Assembly: GCF_005484965.1 (NCBI RefSeq)
Contig: NZ_CP034036.1
Coordinates: 1,328,468-1,352,467 of the forward strand
Reading direction: 5' to 3'
Source: Brenneria nigrifluens DSM 30175 = ATCC 13028
GTDB taxonomy: Bacteria > Pseudomonadota > Gammaproteobacteria > Enterobacterales > Enterobacteriaceae
Length of the DNA: 24,000 nt
The notes under the pieces were generated by a model. It was not told where the DNA came from, made no database searches, and saw only the letters and a list, made by a program, of their open reading frames with translations. Shown here in pieces: positions 1 to 9,815 of this stretch. A program made the position numbers and the translations under genes. Each line of letters opens with the position of its first letter. Within the stretch, counting starts at the first letter, position 1.

Positions 1-1
1 T

Positions 2-409
2 ATCCGTGAGGGGGCAACGCTGCTGACCGGCGGAAAAGCCTGGGGGGAAACCGGCTATTATGTTGAACCGACGATCCTTGACCATACCCGCGGCGACATG
101 CAGGTGGTGCGGGAAGAGATCTTCGGACCGGTGCTGTGCGTGAGCCGTTTCTCTGATGACGATGAGGCGGTTGCTCAGGCCAACGCTTCCATTTATGGTC
201 TGGCGGCCAGTCTGTTTACCCGCGATCTGAGCCGGGCGCACCGGGTGGCACAGCGACTCAAGGCCGGCACTATTGGCGTCAACACCCATCATGTGATCGA
301 CCCCGCGCTACCTTTCGGGGGATTCAAACAGTCCGGCTGGGGGCGTGAAATGGGGTGGGAAGCCATTGAACTTTATACCGAGCTGCGTTCCATCGGGGTC
401 GCGCTGTAA
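2..409 (+). CDS. Aldehyde dehydrogenase family protein, C-terminal part (gene begins before the window)
   Basis: The open frame runs from the window edge: IREGATLLTGGKAWGETGYYVEPTILDH...VVREEIFGPVLCVSRF...LPFGGFKQSGWGREMGWEAIELYTELRSIGVAL. EEIFGPV and PFGGFKQSG(W)GRE are classic ALDH C-terminal motifs. Confidence 0.95.
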   Translation: MREGATLLTGGKAWGETGYYVEPTILDHTRGDMQVVREEIFGPVLCVSRFSDDDEAVAQANASIYGLAASLFTRDLSRAHRVAQRLKAGTIGVNTHHVIDPALPFGGFKQSGWGREMGWEAIELYTELRSIGVAL

Positions 410-569
410 CGAGGTACAAAGCTGGTTGCCTCGGCATCCTTTTAATCGCCGTGGTCGCGTTTTGAGAATGCGATGGAGATAGACTGGCATTCAGCCCCAT
501 GAGCGCCAGGCAGGATGTTATCAGCCGCCCGGTGTAACCTCTGGCGCCATAAATCATTAATTTTTTCAT
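324..569 (-). pseudogene. N-terminal remnant of a saccharopine dehydrogenase-like / NAD(P)-binding protein
   Basis: The start MKKLMIYGARGYTGRLI matches the Rossmann start typical of this family (MIYGAxGYTGRLI). Similarity is lost soon afterwards and the ORF ends after 81 aa. It overlaps the stop of the VOC gene by ATGA, which suggests a former translationally coupled partner. Confidence 0.6.
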
Positions 570-964
570 TGGTGCTGCCAGCGCTTATAGACAAACTCAA
601 GGCTGTATCCGTCCGGGTCGGTAACCTGTGCGGCGTAATACTCAGGGTCATAATGAAGCTGTGGGCCGGGAACATGAATGGACGTGGCGCCGGCGGCGAG
701 CGCGGCGTGATAAGCCTGGTTTACCTTCCGCCGGGAGTCCGCCGCGAACCCGATATGCACCGCGCCGGGAGCAGGTAGCCCTTTTCGCAGCCAGAAAAAC
801 ATCCGTCCATCGGCGCCGAAGCCCTCCAGATCCGGATGTCCGGCGGGGCCATTCCCGCCGTCGTATTTAAGACGGCCGGTAATCCCAAGCGGAGTCAGCG
901 CCTGAGAATAGAATGCAATGGCGCGATCGATATCGCTTACTGTCAGAAAGATATGGTCAAGCAT
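566..964 (-). CDS. VOC (glyoxalase/bleomycin resistance) family protein
   Basis: MLDHIFLTVSDIDRAIAFYSQALTPLG...HIGFAADSRRKVNQAYHAALAAGAT...YAAQVTDPDGYSLEFVYK is typical VOC fold sequence. The start was placed at the internal Met of the 566..982 ORF. Confidence 0.9.
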   Translation of the reverse strand: MLDHIFLTVSDIDRAIAFYSQALTPLGITGRLKYDGGNGPAGHPDLEGFGADGRMFFWLRKGLPAPGAVHIGFAADSRRKVNQAYHAALAAGATSIHVPGPQLHYDPEYYAAQVTDPDGYSLEFVYKRWQHQ

Positions 965-1156
965 GATGGTTCCTCTTTTCACATTCTGTAGCCGCCTGCG
1001 GTTATCGGAACGCTACGCATACAGAGTTCCGGGGTTAGCAGGGCAGACCTAAAGGATAGGCGCTGACGTTTGCCGCGGCTCATGTAATCCTCTTCGAAAG
1101 TTGCCTGATTCTGCTTTTCTCTTGTCGGCCTCTGCCGGCCATGCTAATAATCGGCC

Positions 1157-2047
1157 ATGGAAAATCAGCTGCAAGAATTGCGCGTTCTGGCTGCCGGAGC
1201 AGGGAATCAGCCTACTGAAACGGGTATCCCGCGCGTCGCGATGGTTCAGGGAGAAATTCCTGAACATCGGCTGTCCGCCGTTTATCAACCGATGATTAAC
1301 CTGATCCTGACCGGATCGAAAAGCATAACGGTGGGAGACAGAACATACCGCTACAACCCGGCGACCTATTTCGTCATGTCGGTGGATTTACCGGCCGTCG
1401 GTAAAATTTATGCCGATGCGCAGACCGGCGCCCCTTATCTTGCCGTCAGCCTGACGCCGGCGCCGGAAATTATCGCCGATCTGCTGTCCGGCTTGCCTGA
1501 AGCCAGTTCCCCGTCACTTTACAACGTCGGGTTTTCCGTGGCCCCGGTAACGCCGGAATTACTTGATGCCTGGCTGCGCATGTTGCGCTTGATGAATAAG
1601 CCGGATGAAATCGCCGCGCTGGCTCCCGCCTATGAACGGGAAATCCTGTTCCGCGTGCTTCAGGGGCCGCTCGGCTGGATGCTGCGGGATATCGCCACGC
1701 CGGACACGCATTTGTCGCGCATTTACGCCGTGGTCAACTGGATAAAACAGAACTATATGCAGACGGTGAGGATTAAGGAGCTGGCGGCGATGGCCGCGCT
1801 GAGCGTCTCGGCGTTTCATCGTCACTTTCGCGCCATTACCGCGCTCAGCCCGCTGCAGTATCAGAAACGCATTCGGTTGATGCAGGCGCGGACGAAACTG
1901 GCGACCGGGAGCGCAAATATCACCACCGTCGCCCTGTCCGTCGGCTATCAAAGCCATACCCAGTTCAGCCGGGAATATGCGCGGCTGTTTGGCTTGCCGC
2001 CGTCAGTGGATCTGCGTCGTATCGCACGCAGCAGAGAAAACCTCTAG
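1157..2047 (+). CDS. AraC-family transcriptional regulator (AraC_N-type N-terminal domain)
   Basis: N-terminus ...RLSAVYQPMINLILTGSKSITVGDRTYRYNPATYFVMSVDLPAVG; C-terminal HTH ...VRIKELAAMAALSVSAFHRHFRAITALSPLQYQKRIRLMQAR...TTVALSVGYQSHTQFSREYARLFGLPP. Confidence 0.93.
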   Translation: MENQLQELRVLAAGAGNQPTETGIPRVAMVQGEIPEHRLSAVYQPMINLILTGSKSITVGDRTYRYNPATYFVMSVDLPAVGKIYADAQTGAPYLAVSLTPAPEIIADLLSGLPEASSPSLYNVGFSVAPVTPELLDAWLRMLRLMNKPDEIAALAPAYEREILFRVLQGPLGWMLRDIATPDTHLSRIYAVVNWIKQNYMQTVRIKELAAMAALSVSAFHRHFRAITALSPLQYQKRIRLMQARTKLATGSANITTVALSVGYQSHTQFSREYARLFGLPPSVDLRRIARSRENL

Positions 2048-2056
2048 GCGCCGCCT

Positions 2057-2371
2057 TTATATATAGAGGACTTTTGTTATCTTATCCGCCGTTGCCTGAA
2101 GTAGCGTAATAAGGTGCACCATATTTGCTAGGTTTTTTCTCACATGTGGCGCGGAGATACTCAGACAGGCGATCACTTTCCCAGCCGGATCAAAAACAGG
2201 TACGGCAGCGCCCACCACTCCGATCACAAATTCTGAATCATTCACGGCATAGCCCAGTTCCCGAGTCTTAAGTACCTCGCGCTTCAGGTAGTCGGGATCA
2301 ATGATGGTATTCGGCGTAACCTGCTCCCATGGGCCGCTCAGCAGGTAGGCGTCCAGAAGCTTATCAGACAT
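2057..2371 (-). pseudogene. IclR-family regulator, C-terminal effector-domain remnant
   Basis: TPNTIIDPDYLKREVLKTRELGYAVNDSEFVIGVVGAAVPVFDPAGKVIACLSISAPHVR resembles the end of the IclR effector domain. The HTH and first part of the effector domain are missing, and the frame runs into citX-like sequence. Confidence 0.75.
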
Positions 2372-2374
2372 ATT

Positions 2375-2745
2375 GGCCGCGAAAATCCTTTTTGATGCGG
2401 CGATTAGCTTCGTCGCTGAACTCTGCGCAAGCCGTGGGTGGATGGCGTTGGAGCGGGAAATTCTACAGGAGGATACGGGCTATCAGGCGATATGGGTGAT
2501 TGATGCGCCGGCGATGTCGTTGAAAGCGGCGATGGTGGACGCTGAGGATCGACATCCGTTAGGCCGCTTATGGGATATGGACGTAGTGAGCCCGGAGAGC
2601 GGCCCCCTTTCTCGTTCTGCGATAGGCCATCCGGCCAGAGCTTGTCTGATCTGCGACGAGCCGGCCCACGCCTGCAGCCGTAGCCGCCGACACGATCGTG
2701 ATGAGCTTTTAGTGGTGATGGCGCAGCGTATTATGACGTACCTGA
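2375..2745 (+). pseudogene. citX: CitX-like (apo-citrate lyase phosphoribosyl-dephospho-CoA transferase) C-terminal remnant
   Basis: The + frame gives AAKILFDAAISFVAELCASRGWMALEREIL...LKAAMVDAEDRHPLGRLWDMDVVSPESGPLSRSAIGHPARACLICDEPAHACSRSRRHDRDELL. HPLGRLWDxDV, P.R.CL.C and C.R.+.H are CitX family motifs. The N-terminal part (~60 aa) is missing. Confidence 0.75.
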
Positions 2746-2756
2746 ACCGAGCCTGT

Positions 2757-2837
2757 CGGAATTACTCCACCCGTACATCAAAACCGGGGAAGTACTGTTT
2801 GGCCAGCTTCTCGACGGTGCCGTCTTGATGGCTTTTT
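2757..2837 (-). pseudogene. 3'-terminal fragment of an ArgT/HisJ-like periplasmic binding protein gene
   Basis: The minus strand encodes DGTVEKLAKQYFPGFDVRVE* and is nearly identical in DNA to the 3' end of the intact gene at 9816..10592 (one mismatch over about 66 nt). A short deletion lies further upstream in the fragment, and it abuts the rpiB stop. Confidence 0.8.
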
Positions 2838-3290
2838 TCAGCGCCGCAGCTGTTGTTCGAGCTGGACAATCGCCTCGACGCGTTTCTGATGGCGCCCGCC
2901 TTCAAACTCCGCCTTGAGCCAGCTATCGACAATCATTTTCGCCAATTCCAGCCCCACTACACGCGATCCAAATGCCAGAATATTGGTGTTGTTGTGCTGG
3001 CGGGAAAGCTGCGCGGAGTAGGGTTCACTGCACACCACGGCGCGGATACCGGGAAACTTATTGGCGGTAATGGAAATCCCCACGCCGGTGCCGCAGATAA
3101 GAATACCGCCGTCAACCTCTCCGTTCACCACCGCTTCTGCCACCGCGCTGGCAAAGTGCGGGTAGTCGGTGCGTTCCTGCGACCAGGCGCCTTTATCCAC
3201 GACCTCGATGTTCTTTGACCGCAGATGCGCCAGAATATCCTCTTTGAGGATAAACCCGACATGGTCACAGCCAAATGCAATCCGCTTCAT
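2838..3290 (-). CDS. rpiB: Ribose-5-phosphate isomerase B / allose-6-phosphate isomerase
   Basis: MKRIAFGCDHVGFILKEDILAHLRSKNIEVVDKGAWSQERTDYPHFAS...GGILICGTGVGISITANKFPGIRAVVCSEPYSAQLSRQHNNTNILAFGSRVVG matches RpiB/LacAB family motifs. It is divergent from alsR as in E. coli. Confidence 0.97.
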   Translation of the reverse strand: MKRIAFGCDHVGFILKEDILAHLRSKNIEVVDKGAWSQERTDYPHFASAVAEAVVNGEVDGGILICGTGVGISITANKFPGIRAVVCSEPYSAQLSRQHNNTNILAFGSRVVGLELAKMIVDSWLKAEFEGGRHQKRVEAIVQLEQQLRR

Positions 3291-3653
3291 ACGCTATTCC
3301 CCCTACTTGAGAAAACTTTACAGTTAAGGTTTATTTGTGACTTTTTATCGATTTTATGCGGAAAAAAGCCACGGCGTCACCGGGTTAAGCGCCTGTTCTA
3401 CACATCCTGATGAGACAAATCAATATGGATATATACATAAAATAGCTCGTCATGTTCCTGTACTGATGTATGATTTTTATTTAATTTATTGTTTTTATTG
3501 TATTATTTTTGTTTTTTGAAAATAAAAATGAGGGGGAACTTCATGGATATAAAAACTTTATAAATTTAATATTTTTGTGAAGTTGATGGCATATTTCTCG
3601 CTGCCGGTGTGGTGATATAGTGTCGTCTTCTATTTAAAGGACGCGAGCGCACA

Positions 3654-4538
3654 ATGAGTCAGTCAGAGTTTGATCAGGGACTCCCTAACGGAATCGGTAT
3701 TGCGCCCTATCTGCGTATGAAGCAGGAAGGGATGACTGAAAACGAAAGCCGGATTGTGGAGTGGCTGTTAACGCCAGGCAATTTGAGTGAAGCCCCGGCG
3801 ATTAAAGATGTTGCCGAGGCGCTGGCGGTGTCCGAGGCAATGATCGTCAAGGTATCGAAGCGTCTGGGTTTCAGCGGGTTTCGCAACCTGCGCAGCGCCC
3901 TGGTGAATTATTTTTCGCAGTCTGAACAGGTGTTGCCTGCGGAGCTCTCTTTCGATGAAGCGCCGCAGGATGTGGTGAACAAGGTGTTCAATATTACCTT
4001 ACGCACCATCATGGAAGGCCAGTCGATTGTTAATGTTGATGAAATTCATCGCGCCGCACGTTACTTTTTTGGCGCCGACCAGCGTGATTTATACGGCGTC
4101 GGCGGTTCTAACACCATTTGTGCCGATATTCACCACAAACTTTTGCGTATCGGCGTGCGCTGCCATGCCTATCAGGATGCGCATATCATGATGATGTCCG
4201 CCGCTTTGCTGAAAGAGGGCGATGTGGTTCTGGTGGTGTCGCATTCCGGGCGCACCAGTGATTTGAAAGCGGCCGTCGAACTGGCGAAGAAAAATGGGGC
4301 AAAAATAATTTGTATTACTCATAGCTATCATTCGCCGATTGCCAAACTGGCAGATTTTATTATTTGTTCGCCAGCACCAGAGACCCCTTTATTGGGACGA
4401 AACGCGTCAGCCAGAATATTACAATTAACGTTATTAGATGCTTTCTTTGTTTCCGTTGCCCAACAGAATATTGAACAGGCAACATTAAATATGGAAAAAA
4501 CCGGTGCTATTGTCGATTTTTTCCGGCGTGACCGATGA
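3654..4538 (+). CDS. alsR: RpiR/AlsR-type HTH-SIS transcriptional regulator of the allose locus
   Basis: MSQSEFDQGLPNGIGIAPYLRMKQEGMTENESRIVEWLL...KDVAEALAVSEAMIVKVSKRLGFSGFRNLRSAL... (HTH_6) plus SIS domain GVGGSNTICADIHHKLLRIG...VVLVVSHSGRTSDLKAAVELAKKNGAK. Synteny with rpiB and alsB. Confidence 0.96.
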   Translation: MSQSEFDQGLPNGIGIAPYLRMKQEGMTENESRIVEWLLTPGNLSEAPAIKDVAEALAVSEAMIVKVSKRLGFSGFRNLRSALVNYFSQSEQVLPAELSFDEAPQDVVNKVFNITLRTIMEGQSIVNVDEIHRAARYFFGADQRDLYGVGGSNTICADIHHKLLRIGVRCHAYQDAHIMMMSAALLKEGDVVLVVSHSGRTSDLKAAVELAKKNGAKIICITHSYHSPIAKLADFIICSPAPETPLLGRNASARILQLTLLDAFFVSVAQQNIEQATLNMEKTGAIVDFFRRDR

Positions 4539-4556
4539 AGTGACAATATAAAGATG

Positions 4557-4576
4557 TATTCCGCATATGTGGAATA
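4557..4576. promoter_or_regulatory. 20-bp near-perfect palindrome in the alsR-alsB spacer (candidate AlsR operator or mRNA hairpin)
   Basis: TATTCCGCATATGTGGAATA is self-complementary except for one G/T pair. It ends 33 bp upstream of the alsB ATG. Confidence 0.5.
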
Positions 4577-4609
4577 TATCTCTGTACTCCCTACAAAGAG
4601 AACACTGCC

Positions 4610-5545
4610 ATGAATAAATATCTGAAAATATTCAGCGGCGCGGCCGTGGGATTAATGCTGTCAACCAGTGCCTTCGCTGTCGCCGAATATGCCGTAGTCT
4701 TAAAAACATTATCCAATCCGTTTTGGGTGGATATGAAAAAAGGAATTGAAGACGAAGCGAAAAAACAGGGGGTGAGCGTCGATATTTTCGCCTCCCCCTC
4801 TGAAGGCGATTTCCAGTCGCAATTGCAACTCTTTGAAGACCTAAGCAATAAAAATTACAAAGGCATCGCCTTTGCCCCCTTATCTTCCGTCAACCTGGTA
4901 ATGCCGGTGGCACGAGCATGGAAAAAGGGAATTTACCTGGTTAACCTCGACGAAAAAATCGATATGGATAACTTGAAAAAAGCGGGGGGTAACGTTGAAG
5001 CGTTTGTCACCACCGATAACGTCGCGGTCGGGGCGAAAGGCGCCGAATTTATCATTGAAAAACTGGGCGCCACAGGCGGTGAAGTGGCGATTATTGAAGG
5101 CAAAGCGGGCAACGCCTCCGGCGAGGCTCGCCGCAACGGGGCGACCGGGGCTTTCAAAAAAGCGATGCAGATCAAACTGGTCGCCAGTCAGCCTGCCGAC
5201 TGGGATCGGATTAAAGCGCTGGACGTGGCCACCAACGTGTTGCAGCGCAACCCGGATCTGAAGGCGTTCTACTGTGCAAACGACACGATGGCGATGGGCG
5301 TTTCCCAGGCGGTGGCGAATGCGGGTAAAACCGGCAAAGTACTGGTGGTGGGGACCGACGGTATTCCGGAAGCGCGCAAAATGGTGGACGGCGGGCAGAT
5401 GACCGCCACCGTCGCGCAAAACCCGGCGGATATTGGCGCTACGGGATTGAAATTGCTGATCGAGGCGGCGAGCACCGGCAAGGTAATTCCGCTGGAAAAA
5501 GCGCCGGCGTTTAAGCTGGTCGATTCGCTTCTGGTGACGAAGTAA
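4610..5545 (+). CDS. alsB: D-allose periplasmic binding protein
   Basis: Signal peptide MNKYLKIFSGAAVGLMLSTSAFA, then EYAVVLKTLSNPFWVDMKKGIEDEAKKQGVSVDIFASPSEGDFQSQLQLFEDLSNKNYKGIAFAPLSSVNLV, characteristic of AlsB. Followed by alsA and alsC. Confidence 0.97.
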   Translation: MNKYLKIFSGAAVGLMLSTSAFAVAEYAVVLKTLSNPFWVDMKKGIEDEAKKQGVSVDIFASPSEGDFQSQLQLFEDLSNKNYKGIAFAPLSSVNLVMPVARAWKKGIYLVNLDEKIDMDNLKKAGGNVEAFVTTDNVAVGAKGAEFIIEKLGATGGEVAIIEGKAGNASGEARRNGATGAFKKAMQIKLVASQPADWDRIKALDVATNVLQRNPDLKAFYCANDTMAMGVSQAVANAGKTGKVLVVGTDGIPEARKMVDGGQMTATVAQNPADIGATGLKLLIEAASTGKVIPLEKAPAFKLVDSLLVTK

Positions 5546-5560
5546 TTTTCCCCTCACTCC

Positions 5561-5584
5561 GATCCTCTCTTCAGGGAGAGGGTC
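5561..5584 (+). promoter_or_regulatory. Intercistronic hairpin between alsB and alsA
   Basis: GATCCTCTCTTCAGGGAGAGGGTC folds into a ~10-bp stem (with G-T pairs) with a 4-nt loop, just after the alsB stop. This is the classical position for a differential-stability or attenuating hairpin downstream of a binding-protein gene. Confidence 0.6.
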
Positions 5585-5624
5585 CCTTCCCGTAAGCAGG
5601 GGGGGCAATAATATGAGGCTTACT

Positions 5625-7157
<1,533 letters not shown>

Positions 7158-7165
7158 AAAGCGAC

Positions 7166-8116
7166 ATGAGCGAGAAAAAACCGTTTAACTTCGCGCTGTT
7201 CTGGGATAAGTACGGCACCTTTTTTATCCTGGCGATCATCGTCGCCATTTTCGGCAGCCTGTCGTCGGAATACTTTCTGACCACCAATAACATCACGCAG
7301 ATTTTCGTGCAAAGTTCGGTCACCGTATTGATCGGCATGGGGGAGTTTTTCGCCATTCTGGTGGCGGGGATCGACCTGTCGGTCGGTGCCATCCTGGCGC
7401 TCTCCGGTATGGTGACCGCCAAACTGATGCTGGCGGGCGTCGATCCGTTTCTCGCCGCGCTGATTGGCGGCGTGCTGGTCGGCGGCGCGCTCGGCGCGAT
7501 TAACGGCTGTCTGGTGAACTGGACCGGGCTGCATCCGTTCATTATTACGCTCGGCACCAACGCCATTTTCCGCGGCGTCACGCTGGTGATTTCCGATGCC
7601 AACTCGGTGTACGGCTTCTCATTTGATTTTGTGAACTTTTTTGCCGCCAGCGTTATCGGCATCCCGGTGCCGGTTATTTTCTCTCTGTTGGTGGCGGTGA
7701 TCCTGTGGTTTGTCACCACGCGGATGCGCCTGGGCCGCAATATTTACGCTCTGGGCGGTAACAAGAATTCGGCTTTTTACTCCGGCATCGATGTGAAATT
7801 CCACATTCTGGTGGTGTTCATCATTTCCGGTATCTGCGCCGGTCTCGCCGGCGTGGTTTCAACCGCGCGTTTGGGCGCGGCGGAGCCGCTGGCGGGAATG
7901 GGTTTTGAAACCTATGCCATCGCCAGCGCCATTATCGGCGGCACCAGTTTCTTCGGCGGCAAGGGTCGCATCTTCTCAGTGGTTATAGGCGGACTGATTA
8001 TCGGCACTATCAATAACGGGCTGAATATCCTGCAAGTACAGACTTATTACCAACTGGTGGTGATGGGCGGGCTGATTATTGCCGCTGTTGCCCTCGATAG
8101 GCTTATCAGTAAGTAA
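7166..8116 (+). CDS. alsC: D-allose ABC transporter permease
   Basis: MSEKKPFNFALFWDKYGTFFILAIIVAIFGSLSSEYFLTTNNITQIFVQSSVTVLIGMGEFFAILVAGIDLSVGAILALSG is a sugar permease of the RbsC family. The ORF track start at 7136 overlaps alsA, and 7166 is the more plausible start. Confidence 0.96.
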   Translation: MSEKKPFNFALFWDKYGTFFILAIIVAIFGSLSSEYFLTTNNITQIFVQSSVTVLIGMGEFFAILVAGIDLSVGAILALSGMVTAKLMLAGVDPFLAALIGGVLVGGALGAINGCLVNWTGLHPFIITLGTNAIFRGVTLVISDANSVYGFSFDFVNFFAASVIGIPVPVIFSLLVAVILWFVTTRMRLGRNIYALGGNKNSAFYSGIDVKFHILVVFIISGICAGLAGVVSTARLGAAEPLAGMGFETYAIASAIIGGTSFFGGKGRIFSVVIGGLIIGTINNGLNILQVQTYYQLVVMGGLIIAAVALDRLISK

Positions 8117-8127
8117 GGAATTCCACG

Positions 8128-8823
8128 ATGAAAATATCCCCCTCTTTGATGTGTATGGATCTGCTGAAATTTAAAGAACAGATCGAGTTTATTGATAGCC
8201 ATGCGGACTATTTTCATATCGATATTATGGATGGTCACTTTGTCCCTAACCTGACGCTTTCGCCCTTTTTTGTCAGCCAGGTGAAAAAGCTGGCAAGCCT
8301 GCCGCTGGATTGCCATTTGATGGTCACGCGGCCGCAGGATTATATCGGTCAACTGGCGCGGGCGGGGGCGGACTTCATCACCTTGCATCCGGAAACGATC
8401 AACGGCCAGGCGTTTCGCCTGATCGATGAGATCCGCCGCTTCGGCATGAAAGTCGGGCTGATCCTCAATCCGGAAACTCCGGTTGAGGCGATGAAATACT
8501 ATATTCATAAAGCGGACAAAATTACCGTTATGACCGTCGATCCGGGCTTTGCCGGGCAGCCGTTTATCCCGGAAATGCTGGAAAAAATCACCGAGCTGAA
8601 AGCCTGGCGCGAACGCGAAGGGCTTGGCTACGAAATTGAAATCGATGGTTCCTGTAACCAGGGCACCTATCAGAAACTCATCGCGGCCGGGGCGGATGTC
8701 TTTATCGTCGGCACCTCCGGCTTGTTCAACCATGCGGACAATATCGATGAAGCCTGGTCCTTAATGGCAGAGCAGATCCTGGCGGCGAAAAAAGAGGTAC
8801 AGCCTCATGCAAGAACGGCATAA
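8128..8823 (+). CDS. alsE: D-allulose-6-phosphate 3-epimerase
   Basis: [48 protein letters not shown]...[13 protein letters not shown]...[21 protein letters not shown]...EIDGSCN: ribulose-phosphate epimerase superfamily, AlsE-type. Confidence 0.97.
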   Translation: MKISPSLMCMDLLKFKEQIEFIDSHADYFHIDIMDGHFVPNLTLSPFFVSQVKKLASLPLDCHLMVTRPQDYIGQLARAGADFITLHPETINGQAFRLIDEIRRFGMKVGLILNPETPVEAMKYYIHKADKITVMTVDPGFAGQPFIPEMLEKITELKAWREREGLGYEIEIDGSCNQGTYQKLIAAGADVFIVGTSGLFNHADNIDEAWSLMAEQILAAKKEVQPHARTA

Positions 8824-9712
8824 CGTCGTGGCGGGCGTGGATATGGGGGCGACGCATATCCGTTTTTGTCTGCAATCGATAAGCGGAGAAGTGTTGCACT
8901 GTGAGAAACGCCGCACGGCTGAGGTGATTGCCAACGGCCTGGTCGCCGGTATTCGCACGTTGTTGCAGCAACAGCTTTACCGGTTTCACGCCCGTTGCCA
9001 CGGGCTGGTGATGGGATTCCCGGCGCTGGTCGGCAAAGACAAACGCACCATCATCTCCACCCCCAACTTACCGCTGGCGGCGGGTTCACTTACCGGACTT
9101 GCCGATGAACTGGAAACCGCGTTGGGCTGTGCGGTGGAGTTTTCCCGCGATGTGAATCTGCAACTCTCGTTCGACGTACGGGAGAACGGCCTGAAAGACC
9201 AACTGGTGCTGGCGGCCTATCTTGGCACAGGCATGGGCTTTGCTATCTGGCTGAACGGCGCGCCGTGGATCGGGGCGCACGGTGTTGCGGGCGAACTCGG
9301 CCACATTCCGCAGGGCGACATGCGGCTACGCTGCGGCTGCGGCAATGCCGGGTGCCTGGAAACGGTCTGCTCCGGTATCGCGCTCAAGCGCTGGTATGAG
9401 CTGCAGTCGCGTCATTATGCGCTCGGCGAATTGTTTATTCATGCCCGTAATGAACCCTTTGTGCAGGCGCTGTTGCAGCATGCGGCGCGGGCCATCGCCA
9501 CCAGTATTAACCTGTTCGATCCGCAGGCGGTGATCCTCGGCGGCGGGGTGATGGATATGCCCGCGTTCCCGCGTGATGCGCTGATTGCGCGGATTGACTC
9601 GCACCTGCGCCGTCCGCTGCCGCACGCGGCGGTGCGTTTTCTGGCGGCTTCATCTTCTGCCTATAACGGCGCGCAGGGCGCGGCGGCGCTGGCGCTTGCC
9701 CGCTTTACGTAG
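8807..9712 (+). CDS. alsK: D-allose kinase (ROK family)
   Basis: [37 protein letters not shown]...[24 protein letters not shown]...[32 protein letters not shown]: ROK motifs with zinc-binding CxCGxxGCxE. Overlaps alsE by 17 bp. Confidence 0.95.
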   Translation: MQERHNVVAGVDMGATHIRFCLQSISGEVLHCEKRRTAEVIANGLVAGIRTLLQQQLYRFHARCHGLVMGFPALVGKDKRTIISTPNLPLAAGSLTGLADELETALGCAVEFSRDVNLQLSFDVRENGLKDQLVLAAYLGTGMGFAIWLNGAPWIGAHGVAGELGHIPQGDMRLRCGCGNAGCLETVCSGIALKRWYELQSRHYALGELFIHARNEPFVQALLQHAARAIATSINLFDPQAVILGGGVMDMPAFPRDALIARIDSHLRRPLPHAAVRFLAASSSAYNGAQGAAALALARFT

Positions 9713-9789
9713 CACTTTTTTCCGCCGGCGGCTTTGGGTTCAAGAAATACCTGTCTATTCCCCCGGAAATGCCTTCAGGTCCGCCAGGA

Positions 9790-9807
9790 GCCGCCTCGGC
9801 AGGCGGC
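9790..9807 (-). other. Stable GC hairpin just downstream of the minus-strand binding-protein gene (possible terminator or stability element)
   Basis: GCCGCC TCGGCA GGCGGC, perfect 6-bp stem. No clear U tract. Confidence 0.35.
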
Positions 9808-9815
9808 TGCGAATA

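Noticed and set aside
2373-2828. 151-aa ORF as a novel protein
   Set aside because: Its first ~120 aa read as a CitX C-terminus, and its last ~22 aa (NYSTRTSKPGKYCLASFSTVPS) are the antisense translation of a duplicated argT-like 3' end. It is a composite of remnants.
3300-3653. Clear CRP site or AlsR operator in the rpiB-alsR spacer
   Set aside because: The region is very AT-rich and has a TGTGA half-site near 3580, but no convincing TGTGA-N6-TCACA pair or copy of the 4557-4576 palindrome was seen.
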